This document shows, piece after piece, positions 53,681 through 63,808 of a stretch of 64,000 nt of DNA (position 1 is the first letter of the stretch; each line of letters begins with the position of its first letter). This DNA is from Giardia intestinalis (taxonomy: Eukaryota): NCBI GenBank assembly GCA_000002435.2, contig CM018793.1; one strand, given 5' to 3'. The position numbers and the translations under genes are program-made. The notes beneath the pieces were generated by a model. That model did not search any database. It saw nothing but the letters and a program-made list of their open reading frames with translations, and was not told the origin of the DNA.

Positions 53681-54613
53681 ATGTCCTACACTCAACTGAG
53701 TCGAGAGCTTCATGGGCTGGTTGAGGCTGGAGATGAGGTTGGCCTGGCTGTGTTTACTCGCAGGTTCAACGAGCTTCAGCGATCAGAGATGCAGATAGCC
53801 TATCAGGCTTTTCGCGGAGTGGACCTAACGTCCGAGATAAATAAGCGCCTTAAGAACAAAGCTCATGCAGAGCTCCTATCTTCGCTGTGGAAGGAAAGGA
53901 CCACAAATATCGTGGACACGCTCCAGGTCTTGATTAAGCGCAAGAAGAAGTGCCCCAGAGTCGTGCTTTCTGTGGTGTTTGGTAGTTCTCAGAACCAATG
54001 GGAGAAGGTGTCGGCAAGCTGGACAGCAATGTATAAGAATGATCTTTTGACTGCAATCAAGCAAGCCATTCAGCCTAGTGATTTTGTGAATCAGCTCATT
54101 GATAAGTGGGCAGCGGGGCCGCGATCTAACAATGGACAGCTTCGAGAAGGTGCCTATGCTTTAAAACAATCTTTACATGGAGAGGAACAGCCAGCTTTTG
54201 CAAATATTGACGATACAATGGACTACGACAAACTTTCTACAATTCTTGCCACCACCTCCTCCACAGAATGGCCTACCATAGTTTCCATTTATGAAAAGCT
54301 CTCAGGTGTTGCATTCGATAGCCTCCATATATTAGGTTCAAAGAAGTCCAAGATGGCATATGACACAGAGATATTGCACCTCGCAGCCCAGTTTGCTCGC
54401 AGCCCGGCAGAAGGCGTGGCTTATGCATTGAACTGGGCTGTTACTGACAAGGATCTTAGCGACATTTGTTCTTTGACAGCCCTCTTTGTCGACAAGGCTC
54501 CTCAGACAAACATCAGGTACCAGAAGTACGGGGTTCTCCGAGATGATCTCATAGCTGTGCTTACAAGTAAAGTGGCGGCTCCTATCGTCGAGCTTTGGGC
54601 TCCCGAGGCATGA
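53681..54613 (+). CDS. Annexin-like protein, alpha-giardin family (paralog 2)
   Basis: ELHGLVEAGDEVGLAVFTRRFNELQRSEMQIAYQAFRGVDLTSEINKRLKNKAHAELLSSLW fits the annexin repeat consensus (L..A...D.......R...E...I...Y....G..L...I......S...LL.L). The tail is ...PIVELWAPEA. The ATG at 53681 follows CCATAAAATT. The tool start at 53654 is TTG. Confidence 0.55.
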   Translation: MSYTQLSRELHGLVEAGDEVGLAVFTRRFNELQRSEMQIAYQAFRGVDLTSEINKRLKNKAHAELLSSLWKERTTNIVDTLQVLIKRKKKCPRVVLSVVFGSSQNQWEKVSASWTAMYKNDLLTAIKQAIQPSDFVNQLIDKWAAGPRSNNGQLREGAYALKQSLHGEEQPAFANIDDTMDYDKLSTILATTSSTEWPTIVSIYEKLSGVAFDSLHILGSKKSKMAYDTEILHLAAQFARSPAEGVAYALNWAVTDKDLSDICSLTALFVDKAPQTNIRYQKYGVLRDDLIAVLTSKVAAPIVELWAPEA

Positions 54614-54640
54614 CGTGGATGGATGTTAGTAAATTAAAAG

Positions 54641-55738
54641 ATGTCATACGGGAATATAGTAGGCCAGATAAGGGACATCCTAGATAACAGAGACCTTAAT
54701 GGGCTAATAGATGCAACAATTAGATATTCTCGACGCCAGCGGCGAGAGATCTCGCACCATTATGAAGAGTCATATGTATCAAGTTTTTCGCCAGGGAAGG
54801 AAGAAGAAGCCACGCAGCCCCTGAAAACAAGGAGAACAGTGTCAGAGAAAATGAGAAAGAACTACTTGTCAGATGCTGCGGATACCATCTTATCTGTAGA
54901 AGATACGGGGGTCATCCGACGTGATCTAACTGTAACAGAAGCACGGATGTTAGACTTAGCGACGATGGTGGCAGCAAGTAGCTATTCACCAGTGCTTGCA
55001 GAAGACATAGGAAAGTGCTTTAGAGGTGACGTGGGGGCTCTTCTTTCTTACTGGTGGTCAGACCCACTTGATTTACAATGCAGACTTCTCCACGATGCTT
55101 TGCGAGGAAAGGGGTGGCACGAGTATGTAGTCTCGATGTGTGTGTTTATGTGCCGGACAGAGGTTGACTGGCTGCGTCTCTGCAACACTTGGCATGCTAA
55201 GCACGGGACCGACCTTCGTGAACACGTTTACAAATGGGCGAATCCAAAACGCTCAGGGCATTCACTAGTGCTTTCGTGGCTGACCTACGATAAAATCACG
55301 TCTCCAAGTGCAGATGCAGATGCACTGACAATCAAGGAGGCTCTTGATAGGTCGGATCCCGACTTTGATTCTATAATCAGGGTTTTTGGTCTCAGATTGC
55401 CTGAAGAGTGGAAGGTAATCGTAGCTGCATACAAGAGAAGGTTCGGACACACTTTAGAAGAGGCCCTTGCCTCGATTCGATCTAAGCAGAAAGACAAGAT
55501 CTTCTTTGCCCTAGCACATGCCTCACTTCTGGGGCCAACTGCATTCACATGCTCTGTCCTTGATATTGCTGTACAGAATAAGGCATCTCCATCGTACTTT
55601 GCACTGATAGCAGGGGCCTTCTGTGATGCTGCCCTGAGAGGGGACGACGTATACGCAGACGAACTCTATAGCACTCTCACGCGCTACCCGCGGCAGTTCA
55701 CGGAGATATTCGTGAGCTTGTGGACGGCGGCGCCATAG
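54641..55738 (+). CDS. Annexin-like protein, alpha-giardin family (paralog 3, with an acidic/Lys-rich insert)
   Basis: 365 aa. It carries IRDILDNRDLNGLIDATIRYSRRQRREISHHYEESY, LLHDALRGKGWHEYVVSMCVFMCRTEVDWLRLCNTWHAKHGTDLREHV and the tail ...FVSLWTAAP. The ATG is preceded by AAATTAAAAG. Only 27 bp separate it from paralog 2. Confidence 0.5.
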   Translation: MSYGNIVGQIRDILDNRDLNGLIDATIRYSRRQRREISHHYEESYVSSFSPGKEEEATQPLKTRRTVSEKMRKNYLSDAADTILSVEDTGVIRRDLTVTEARMLDLATMVAASSYSPVLAEDIGKCFRGDVGALLSYWWSDPLDLQCRLLHDALRGKGWHEYVVSMCVFMCRTEVDWLRLCNTWHAKHGTDLREHVYKWANPKRSGHSLVLSWLTYDKITSPSADADALTIKEALDRSDPDFDSIIRVFGLRLPEEWKVIVAAYKRRFGHTLEEALASIRSKQKDKIFFALAHASLLGPTAFTCSVLDIAVQNKASPSYFALIAGAFCDAALRGDDVYADELYSTLTRYPRQFTEIFVSLWTAAP

Positions 55739-55985
55739 GAGCAAAGCAAAATTCGTACCATTGTTTACTCTTATAGGAGCCTACGGTCAGTAAACTGCTG
55801 CGGAGCCTGTCCGACGCTCTACTTGCTCCTGGCCTTCATGTGCCGCCTCTTACGCTTGAGCTTGCGCATACGCTTCTTCGCCCACTTCGCCCTCATAATT
55901 TCGTTTTCAAAGTCCTTCTCCTGCACTGTCCTTTTACCGTTTAATGCAGTATTGCTTATGATGCAGAACACAGATTCCCATCAAT

Positions 55986-58900
55986 ATGGAGGAGGGTACA
56001 AGGCACACAATACCGCTCCAGGACATTGTACGCGAGGCGCTGGCAGAGCAGGTGGAGTCCTTCACCCCCATTAAACCACCTCCGCCGCACTTTCTCAACG
56101 AAATTGCAGCTGGACGTAATCGTCAAGCTGCTCGGAGCCAGATGCTTGAGGCGGCACGGAAGAGGGTTTCGGAAAGAAAGGACAGCAAACGGTCCCACAC
56201 CGCCAACATGGATTACTTCACTGGTGATACTATTAATCTACGCCACCTTCGGGAGGAGAAACGTCGAGCAGCTCTCATTGTTGATCGTGCAAACTATCTA
56301 GAGCACGTGGAGGATACTCGTAAGCCACTGCAGCTCTCCAAGAAAGAGATTGAATTTCACAGTTACTTATCAGGAAATATCTATTCCCAGACGATTGTGC
56401 TCACCAATCCAGGACCAACGTCTCGGAGGTATAATATTCTACCTCCGGATGCACCTTTTACTTGCGCTACACTTGCAGGGGAGCTGAAGCCGGGGCTTTC
56501 TAAGACAATAGAGGTACTCTTTCGTCCAGAAAGCTGTGCAGATGCTCAAGGTGTACTTACAGTCCGAGCAAAAAATTTTCAAGCAGTAGTGCCAATTCGA
56601 GCAGCGAATGAAAAGGCTAATTTCGTGTTTTTAGATTGCTGTTTAGACAATAATGAAAGCTCTGACATCTCGAACATCAAAGTAGAAGAGATAGCGCCTT
56701 CAGACTCACGTAAATATAACAAAGTGTTTAACGTCGATCTGGGTCCAATGATGTGTCGCCACGCACAGAAGCACAACCTTAGTCTTATATTGCAACACAA
56801 GGCCACCATGCCATGGCAAGAGTATGTGCAAACTCATAGGTTGCCAATTCAATCACAATATGCAGAGCAACCTCAGGAAGTTCCAATCCTACATTCGATC
56901 CATGTTACAAGTGTTTCAGTAGAGAACTCTAGCGGTGAATGCAAGATGGATTTATATCTAAATAAGGAATCGTGTGAAGGTTGCTATTTTCCGCTAGATC
57001 CTCCGCTGAGCGGCATGCGAACAAAGCTGGGGAAAGACAGACACGCGCGCTTAGAGACTGCTATGGCTCTTGCAGAGAGCGTTGGGCTTCTGGATCCTGC
57101 TGGGGTAGGTATTCATCTGCGGACTTCGTTCAGAAAAGATGCGAGTCTGAATGCGGATAGCCCAGTCGCTGTTGGTTCTTTGTCCTCATCTGCTAGAGAT
57201 AGGCCGGAATATCTGTGTAGAATGGAGCCGGATGGCATATTGTCCTTGGAGCTGGAGTTTGGAGATAACATACAAGCGACAGATACGCATATCGTTTCTA
57301 TTCTAACTGCAGAACGATCGTCCTTGGAGATTCGGCTGCAAGGATACATTAGCAGTGGGTTTGTCGAGATATCTTCGGTAGGCTCTACGCCCCTATCTAC
57401 CAAACCACGTAGTCTCATCAATATCAGCCAATTTCTCGATGGAAACTATACCCTTCTACCAGACCAGCTTTTGAATATTAAAACTAGCCTGTATACTGAT
57501 GGAGTGCAGAGGCTTCCTATTTACATTAATATTAGTAGTCTTCCCGACAAGCTGCTGCATGTATCATTATTGGAGTATACCCATGAGTTAGCCAGAGGTA
57601 TTGTGCCTGCAAACAGATTTCTTGAGAATCCACGAGCAGCATACCCCTGCGAATACATCGATACTGTTCGTCCAACTTCTACAAGTAGCTCGTCTCAATT
57701 GGGTATCTTTTCAATTCAGGATATCAAAACCCTTGCTGACATCCCAACAGAAGATAATGGTCAGATTGACAGCTATATGAAAATACTCAATCTATATTTG
57801 CATTTTTCTGAAAACATTACCACACCACAGAGATGCATCTTGGAACTTTCATACTATCTTCCTGGTGTGTATGCACCGATATTGCGAATTCTATTCACTG
57901 CTGTTCCTATCAGACGTAATCCAGCTTCAGTCAACATGCTGGAGACGGCATTAGCAGAACAGCTGCTGATAAACAGTTTGACGGAGCTCCGATCTGAAAA
58001 GAGAACCGATTATATATTTATTTCCAAGCCGTCTATTGACTTTGGTCTAGTTGCCGTATCTGAGACGGCCAGATTCTGTTTCAGCGTCCGTAATTGCAGC
58101 AAGACAGTCTTTTTCCCATTCATAGTGAGTATAAATCTGAAATCTCACGCAGTATCTATTACAGCGGGCCAGACTCCAGGAGGAATCAATTTCGTCTTGC
58201 ATGATAACACAATAGAGGGGAAGAGTCGTAAAATCTCAGAGACTGTTGAGTTCCCAGATGTTGTGGAGATGCTAGATAATGCTAAGCGCACTTCAGCTAT
58301 TGAAAAGCTGAAGCCGGTCATCACCACAGCTGGAATGGAGCTGAAGGGAGATGATGAAGCTTGTGAAGAAGATGTTTCTCAGTTGAAACAGGCTCTTCCA
58401 GGAAATGTTAATGAATTCCTCAAGCATAACAAGGTATTTGTACCAACTAATGTCCCAACCATCAGAACAACTCAAGGTAATACAAAAGCGCTCAAGGAAC
58501 TAAAGATAAGCAAGCACTTGGCTAACAGCTGTCTCGGTACTAGCACTGGATCTGGATTAAGTGTCAGTGGAAAAGCTTCCATCACATTTGGGGTCACCCA
58601 CTCCAACGACGCAGAGCACACCTCTTCCGTTCCTGAACTAGAGACTCTTAAGTCACGGATGCTGAAGAACAAAGGGAATATAACAGGACTCAACGATGTG
58701 CTGAGTGTTTATCCCTCTTGTGGTATTCTTCCACCTCGTACACAGGTGCAAATTAATGTGGAGCTTTGTCCTCTATCTATAGGTCCCATAGAGGCATTTC
58801 TGGTTATAAACACACCCTCGTCTCAATATTATGCCAATGTCATTCGGAGGATACAGGTACACTTGAAAGAGCAAGAAATGCGCATGTCAACTTATCAGTC

Positions 58901-61900
58901 TGGGTTGAACAAGACGGCCCTAGATCGCATCTACAAGGAGCGTTGCCTTGTAACAGTCCCCGAGCTCGAGCTTATACGCTATCAAGAAAAGCTTAATAAT
59001 ACGCGTCTTTACTCTGCGTCTGACAAACCTATAGACGGTATACTAGGCCATACTAGAAGCACGGCAAGTCTTACCCATGTTAGAAGCAGGAAAAGTCTTA
59101 AGAGCTTAACAGATACGTCTTCACTGGACGACGAGCAGCCGCTGTGGCTTGGGAATGCGGATACAAATCTTTCGGATGACACTAGAGATGAATTCCTCAC
59201 TGAAACTCCCGAAGGAATCATGTCTAATGATAGAGACGTCTGTTGTAGGGTATTTGGTGTTGTTGCTGCACCATCTGTAGCATTTCTAGAAGAATTTATA
59301 GAGCCGACAATGGACAGCGTTAAGTCTGTTACCATTCATCTTAAAAATACTGGACTAACAGAGATAACCGTCAATCTAACTGTTCTGAAAGGAGATGCAA
59401 TGCTAATCCAGCCCATCACCGATGAACAGCGAGCGATACTGACACCAAACTCACTCATGGCATTGGTTAACTCGACCCTTTTACGAAAAGATATTACACT
59501 TACATTGGGTGTTAACGAGACTATACCAGTAGACGTGATGCCTGGTGCCGAGCACGACTCTTATGTTGTGGCGCGCAAGGAGCTATCCTCTTTCGGAGCG
59601 TTAGCGTACAAAATTAGTAAGGACCAGCTAGATCTTTCTGACAACGTAATGCTTTCTGCAGTTCTTATTAAGGCCCGAGTAGAGTCTCCGCGGCCTTATA
59701 TCTACCTTGCTAATGATCCACAGAATAAGTACATAATTAGTGACCCTAAGATACCCCTTACACCAGAGATATTCCTAGATACAAAGCCATACAAGCCGGT
59801 AGTCGTTGAATTCGTTATTGCTAATCCATCCGGCAACCCCTTTACTGCCGAGCTCACAACAGGTCCCGACTTGGTTGCTCCCAGTACTATCAAGATCCCG
59901 CCCAAATCAAAAACGTTTGCCGCTTTTGCAATTCTTCCAGATAGATCCGGTCAGATGACTACGTTTATTAATTTCCACGATTGTCCAGTGCGAATTACCC
60001 TTAACGCAATTGGACCAGATATTGTTATCTCTTCTCCCTATATTAAGAACTCTAATTTGTTGGTTGATCATCAAGGCATGGCAGACGACGTTCTTCCTAT
60101 TACTGGGCCACTGGACCTCTCTAAAGACATGTCAGTTAGCCACAGACAACCAAAGAAGAGCTCAAAGTGGGACGAGATATTAGCCATTTTGCCAAACAGA
60201 ATCATCCACGTGCCTCTTACTTACACTGAACTAACAAATATAATCTCTGACTGTGTGGATACGCGGTCAGTAGATAACGAAGGAGACGACCCCGGTGACC
60301 CTAACGAAGATGCAACACAATCACAGATGGAAGTACTAGATACTCATCTAGCCGGCGGAGTCAAGCTGCCCAGCTCGCAGCAAGAAGCCTTTGCCCCTGT
60401 AAATAGGGACGCAAATCCTATATACCGCATGACAATAGAGGACACAGGAAAGGTGGTGCGTCCCTTGCAAAATTATCTTGACATACTTGACAGCAAGAAA
60501 TATGGAACCGTCATCTCTCAAACTGCAACTTTCAATCGTAGAGAAAACAATAAAAAGCCGCTAGATTTTTCTCGTATGCTGACAAGCAGAGAGCGATTCC
60601 TTGAAATCAGACAGTATCTGCCATCTATCTCTTTCAGCAAGACTGTCGGTGAAACAGCCAGTAGGGTATGTATTAATGTATTCAACCCCACAGTCACCGA
60701 TATGGACGTCGATATCAATGTCTATGACATCCCCAGCAGCTTTATAGGACTGAGAGCTGCACGAGACACTTCTGGCCATATCTATTTACATCCCTCGGGA
60801 CCATTTGTCTCTGAGTCTGTAGAGCACAAGCCTGATTTTGGGCGTCTAGGTCCAGAGTTTGACATGACTGTGCTGCATAGTGACCAGAATTCAGAATCAG
60901 CTACAATCAATACCCCTTCAACTCCAGCAGTGGACTCTACCACGGGTCACCATTTTGCAGCGCAGCTATTGCAGAGGAATGATGATAAGGGGAAAGGAAT
61001 CAACAAGTATTTTAAGGCATCGCCTGAGCACGTGGTTGTTGGCTCTCAGAAGTCCGCAAAGGTCTACATAGAGACCATGAACTTTGACGCCTTTCGAGAG
61101 TTTGAGGGGCTACTAAGTATAAAAGGGCTCTTCTTGTTGCTGAAGTGTCAACGTGTGCAGCCTCAGATATCTCTCAGCGACGGTATTGAGCTTATAAACA
61201 TTGCTGGCTCGTACGAGCGAGATACAGACTTGTTGCTCAATATTTCCAATCCTACGGATGACTGTATGTACACCTTGCTGTTGGACGTGCCTCCGCCCTT
61301 TGAGCTTCTTCAGAAGGAGCTAGCAGTTACCCCTACGCTTTTACGGCCGCACGGACTGCTCAGCTTCAAACTCATCTTACCTGCAGTCAATTGTCTCAAG
61401 ATGGCGCAAAACCAGTGGGTTGGGAAAGTCCCGAGGTCTCTTGAGGCAGCAACGACAATTCTAGATTTACTCAAGCAAGAGAGGACCAAGTTCCTGTTTG
61501 ATTCTACGCTCACCGTCATATTTCCAGAGTGTCGTGATGCGGAGAATACACCATATAATATTGTCTTCCCGATAGCATGTAGGATTGATGCGCCTGCCAT
61601 CACCCCAGAGTTCAGTAATGTAACCTTTCAACCAGCCTTTGTGGGTGAGTACTCTACGAAGTACATCAAGATTGAAAATCCAATCCATCTCTCTGCGTCC
61701 TGGGAAATGCTCCACGTACCACTAGGAGATGCGCAGAAGGTTGCAAACTTGGCCATTAGGAAGCTTCCACCCATGCATCATTTAGAGAACCTGCGCGAGC
61801 TCAAAGAGAAATACCTAGTCAACGAGCTTAATGACATTAAGGCCATTCTTCAGGCTGTGAACAGCACGTTTACGGAGAAGGCTTATGGATCTCTGTTTTA

Positions 61901-62186
61901 TGATGGGCTGACAAATACTATCATGGTCGATGATCCATCAGTCTTCACATTCGATTGCTTTAATGGAGTCATTGAGGGGCACAACAATACACACCCCTAC
62001 AAAAACTTCACAATTACGGCCAGATTTACTCCTGCAGATAACACGAAGAACTGTGCACTGTGTGCTACCAAGGATGGCGAAAAGAAAATAAAATTCTTTT
62101 CAGTATTCTATATTAGAGTGTATGGTGGTGCCGGCGCGTGGATTTTCATGACTGGAGAGGTCACGGAAGATATCTTCCAAATATGA
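55986..62186 (+). CDS. Large (2066 aa) ASH/MSP (PapD-like) domain protein, flagellar-associated type (CFAP65/CFAP74/Hydin-like)
   Basis: The N-terminal domain IEFHSYLSGNIYSQTIVLTNPGPTSRRYNILPPDAPFTCATLAGELKPGLSKTIEVLFRPES has the ASH/MSP fold signature. That signature is a hydrophobic strand, then a LxNxG motif, then F......G.L.PG.S..I.V.F.P. Similar modules recur, e.g. PVVVEFVIANPSGNPFTAELTTGPDLVAPSTIKIPPKSKTFAAFAILP and KSVTIHLKNTGLTEITVNLTV. Confidence 0.45.
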   Translation: MEEGTRHTIPLQDIVREALAEQVESFTPIKPPPPHFLNEIAAGRNRQAARSQMLEAARKRVSERKDSKRSHTANMDYFTGDTINLRHLREEKRRAALIVDRANYLEHVEDTRKPLQLSKKEIEFHSYLSGNIYSQTIVLTNPGPTSRRYNILPPDAPFTCATLAGELKPGLSKTIEVLFRPESCADAQGVLTVRAKNFQAVVPIRAANEKANFVFLDCCLDNNESSDISNIKVEEIAPSDSRKYNKVFNVDLGPMMCRHAQKHNLSLILQHKATMPWQEYVQTHRLPIQSQYAEQPQEVPILHSIHVTSVSVENSSGECKMDLYLNKESCEGCYFPLDPPLSGMRTKLGKDRHARLETAMALAESVGLLDPAGVGIHLRTSFRKDASLNADSPVAVGSLSSSARDRPEYLCRMEPDGILSLELEFGDNIQATDTHIVSILTAERSSLEIRLQGYISSGFVEISSVGSTPLSTKPRSLINISQFLDGNYTLLPDQLLNIKTSLYTDGVQRLPIYINISSLPDKLLHVSLLEYTHELARGIVPANRFLENPRAAYPCEYIDTVRPTSTSSSSQLGIFSIQDIKTLADIPTEDNGQIDSYMKILNLYLHFSENITTPQRCILELSYYLPGVYAPILRILFTAVPIRRNPASVNMLETALAEQLLINSLTELRSEKRTDYIFISKPSIDFGLVAVSETARFCFSVRNCSKTVFFPFIVSINLKSHAVSITAGQTPGGINFVLHDNTIEGKSRKISETVEFPDVVEMLDNAKRTSAIEKLKPVITTAGMELKGDDEACEEDVSQLKQALPGNVNEFLKHNKVFVPTNVPTIRTTQGNTKALKELKISKHLANSCLGTSTGSGLSVSGKASITFGVTHSNDAEHTSSVPELETLKSRMLKNKGNITGLNDVLSVYPSCGILPPRTQVQINVELCPLSIGPIEAFLVINTPSSQYYANVIRRIQVHLKEQEMRMSTYQSGLNKTALDRIYKERCLVTVPELELIRYQEKLNNTRLYSASDKPIDGILGHTRSTASLTHVRSRKSLKSLTDTSSLDDEQPLWLGNADTNLSDDTRDEFLTETPEGIMSNDRDVCCRVFGVVAAPSVAFLEEFIEPTMDSVKSVTIHLKNTGLTEITVNLTVLKGDAMLIQPITDEQRAILTPNSLMALVNSTLLRKDITLTLGVNETIPVDVMPGAEHDSYVVARKELSSFGALAYKISKDQLDLSDNVMLSAVLIKARVESPRPYIYLANDPQNKYIISDPKIPLTPEIFLDTKPYKPVVVEFVIANPSGNPFTAELTTGPDLVAPSTIKIPPKSKTFAAFAILPDRSGQMTTFINFHDCPVRITLNAIGPDIVISSPYIKNSNLLVDHQGMADDVLPITGPLDLSKDMSVSHRQPKKSSKWDEILAILPNRIIHVPLTYTELTNIISDCVDTRSVDNEGDDPGDPNEDATQSQMEVLDTHLAGGVKLPSSQQEAFAPVNRDANPIYRMTIEDTGKVVRPLQNYLDILDSKKYGTVISQTATFNRRENNKKPLDFSRMLTSRERFLEIRQYLPSISFSKTVGETASRVCINVFNPTVTDMDVDINVYDIPSSFIGLRAARDTSGHIYLHPSGPFVSESVEHKPDFGRLGPEFDMTVLHSDQNSESATINTPSTPAVDSTTGHHFAAQLLQRNDDKGKGINKYFKASPEHVVVGSQKSAKVYIETMNFDAFREFEGLLSIKGLFLLLKCQRVQPQISLSDGIELINIAGSYERDTDLLLNISNPTDDCMYTLLLDVPPPFELLQKELAVTPTLLRPHGLLSFKLILPAVNCLKMAQNQWVGKVPRSLEAATTILDLLKQERTKFLFDSTLTVIFPECRDAENTPYNIVFPIACRIDAPAITPEFSNVTFQPAFVGEYSTKYIKIENPIHLSASWEMLHVPLGDAQKVANLAIRKLPPMHHLENLRELKEKYLVNELNDIKAILQAVNSTFTEKAYGSLFYDGLTNTIMVDDPSVFTFDCFNGVIEGHNNTHPYKNFTITARFTPADNTKNCALCATKDGEKKIKFFSVFYIRVYGGAGAWIFMTGEVTEDIFQI

Positions 62187-62197
62187 TACTTTTGCAA

Positions 62198-63121
62198 CTA
62201 GAAGATTGATGTGCTGGTACTAGAGATGCCTGTTGTGTACTGCTGCTTCAGCTCCTTATACTTGTTATCTATTGCTGTGTTTTGAAGATGAACCCGTTTC
62301 TGAAGGTTGTGATAGTATTCAGACATGTGGCTGTCAAAACTTACATATCCTTGGCCAGGGGGTGTCTTTAATTCACCCCCCTCAGCGAAGATATCACTTT
62401 CTACATACTGAGGTAGTAAGGATTCCTGCGGTGGGGGTGCCACGGTAACTAACGATGAAGGCTGCTCAGATGCAGGGTTGAAACCGACTTCAACCGCAGT
62501 GGGGCCAGGTGGTGCAGGTTTGGCCGGTTCATCTTCATGAATACAACATTGGCAAGGGCGTGGAAGCGGCGCAAATGATGGAACTGGTGGTTTGGGATCT
62601 GGATAGCCCGGGTGACGTCGCCTATGATGGGCCAGCAGGAATTCATAGGCTCCGAACATCTTCCCGCAATGTAGACATGTTGGTAGGGCCTCGACAACCT
62701 CCGGACGCACAGACATTAGCCTATACATCATGTTCTCTGTCTCATGCTTTTGTTGTATGTGCTTAATCTCAGCCTTCAGCCTCTCAATCTCTTGTTGCAG
62801 GGATACTGCCAGATTGGGATCTGTTTGAGGAGTGACAAGCTCTCGGAGATATGCCTCACACTGAGATGTAGTGTAGAGAAGATACTGTGCAAAATATTGC
62901 TGCACTTGGCAGAGCTTTACCGCCCAGTTTGGTGTGTTTCTACTGCACACAAAAGCCCCTATATCTCCGTACACTAATGAACTCAGTGACGTGTTCAATC
63001 TAGCTATGTCCATATAGTCAGGGTTTAGCTCCATAACCTGCCGTTCATTAAAAAGCCCTGTGGTTCTTTGAAAGGTAAATTCGCTAGTTGGCGTGAAGTC
63101 TATGGTAGAAAACGGTTCCAT
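62198..63121 (-). CDS. DZIP1-like single C2H2 zinc-finger protein (ciliary basal-body type)
   Basis: The N-terminal Dzip-like region is FTFQRTTGLFNERQVMELNPDYMDIARLN...CQVQQYFAQYLLYTTSQCEAYL. A coiled-coil follows: LQQEIERLKAEIKHIQQKHE. The single C2H2 finger is CLHCGKMFGAYEFLLAHHRRRH, compared with human DZIP1 CHLCDKTFMNATFLRGHIQRRH. The C-terminus is Pro-rich. Confidence 0.5.
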   Translation of the reverse strand: MEPFSTIDFTPTSEFTFQRTTGLFNERQVMELNPDYMDIARLNTSLSSLVYGDIGAFVCSRNTPNWAVKLCQVQQYFAQYLLYTTSQCEAYLRELVTPQTDPNLAVSLQQEIERLKAEIKHIQQKHETENMMYRLMSVRPEVVEALPTCLHCGKMFGAYEFLLAHHRRRHPGYPDPKPPVPSFAPLPRPCQCCIHEDEPAKPAPPGPTAVEVGFNPASEQPSSLVTVAPPPQESLLPQYVESDIFAEGGELKTPPGQGYVSFDSHMSEYYHNLQKRVHLQNTAIDNKYKELKQQYTTGISSTSTSIF

Positions 63122-63163
63122 AAGCTGTAGCTCCGCTCCAAATGTTTATTAAAAGTTTTGAAG
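63122..63163. promoter_or_regulatory. 42-bp bidirectional AT-rich initiator region between divergent genes
   Basis: AGCTGTAGCTCCGCTCCAAATGTTTATTAAAAGTTTTGAAG separates the minus-strand ATG at 63121 from the plus-strand ATG at 63164. Confidence 0.5.
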
Positions 63164-63808
63164 ATGTCAGGCAAGTACGACTCGTCCCTCACCGTCTTTA
63201 GCCCCGACGGACACCTTATCCAGGTCGAGCATGCACATAAGGCGGTTGAGCGAGGAACATCTGCGGTGGCAGTCCGCTCTGCAGCAGGCATTGTACTTGC
63301 CATTGAACGTAAGCAGACAGCAAGGTTACAGGATCCACGCGCCTCCCAGAAGATCTTCGATGTAGACGACCACATCATTGCAACATTTGCTGGACTCACG
63401 GCCGATGCTCGCGTCCTTATTGATAGGGCAAGGCTGGAATGTCAAGCGTATAGGATGACGTATGATGTGGCCCCGTCTGTAGAGATAATTGCCAAGGCTG
63501 TTGCGAGCATTCTACAAAGCCACACGCACAGGGGAGGCACTAGGCCCTTTGGGGTCTCGATCATTCTGGCTGGAAATGATCTCAATGGTTCCCATGTATT
63601 CATGTGTGATCCTTCCGGAGTGTATACCGAATGGAAGGCACTGGCCATCGGAAACCAGTGTGTCACCATAATAGAGTTTTTGGAGAAGAAGCTAAAGGAG
63701 GGAGAGCCGCAGAACACAAATGATGCACTTTCATTAGCAAAGGCTGCACTCAGTGAGCTTATTGATGTCAACGATGAGACATTTCAGTGCAAGGTATTGA
63801 AGGCCTAG
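63164..63808 (+). CDS. 20S proteasome alpha subunit, alpha-7/PSMA7 (yeast alpha4)-like
   Basis: [57 protein letters not shown]...[65 protein letters not shown]...[15 protein letters not shown] matches PSMA7 [20 protein letters not shown]...[25 protein letters not shown]...RRPFGISALIVG...DPSGTYHAWKANAIG. The ATG is at 63164. The tool start at 63158 is TTG. Confidence 0.85.
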   Translation: [214 protein letters not shown]

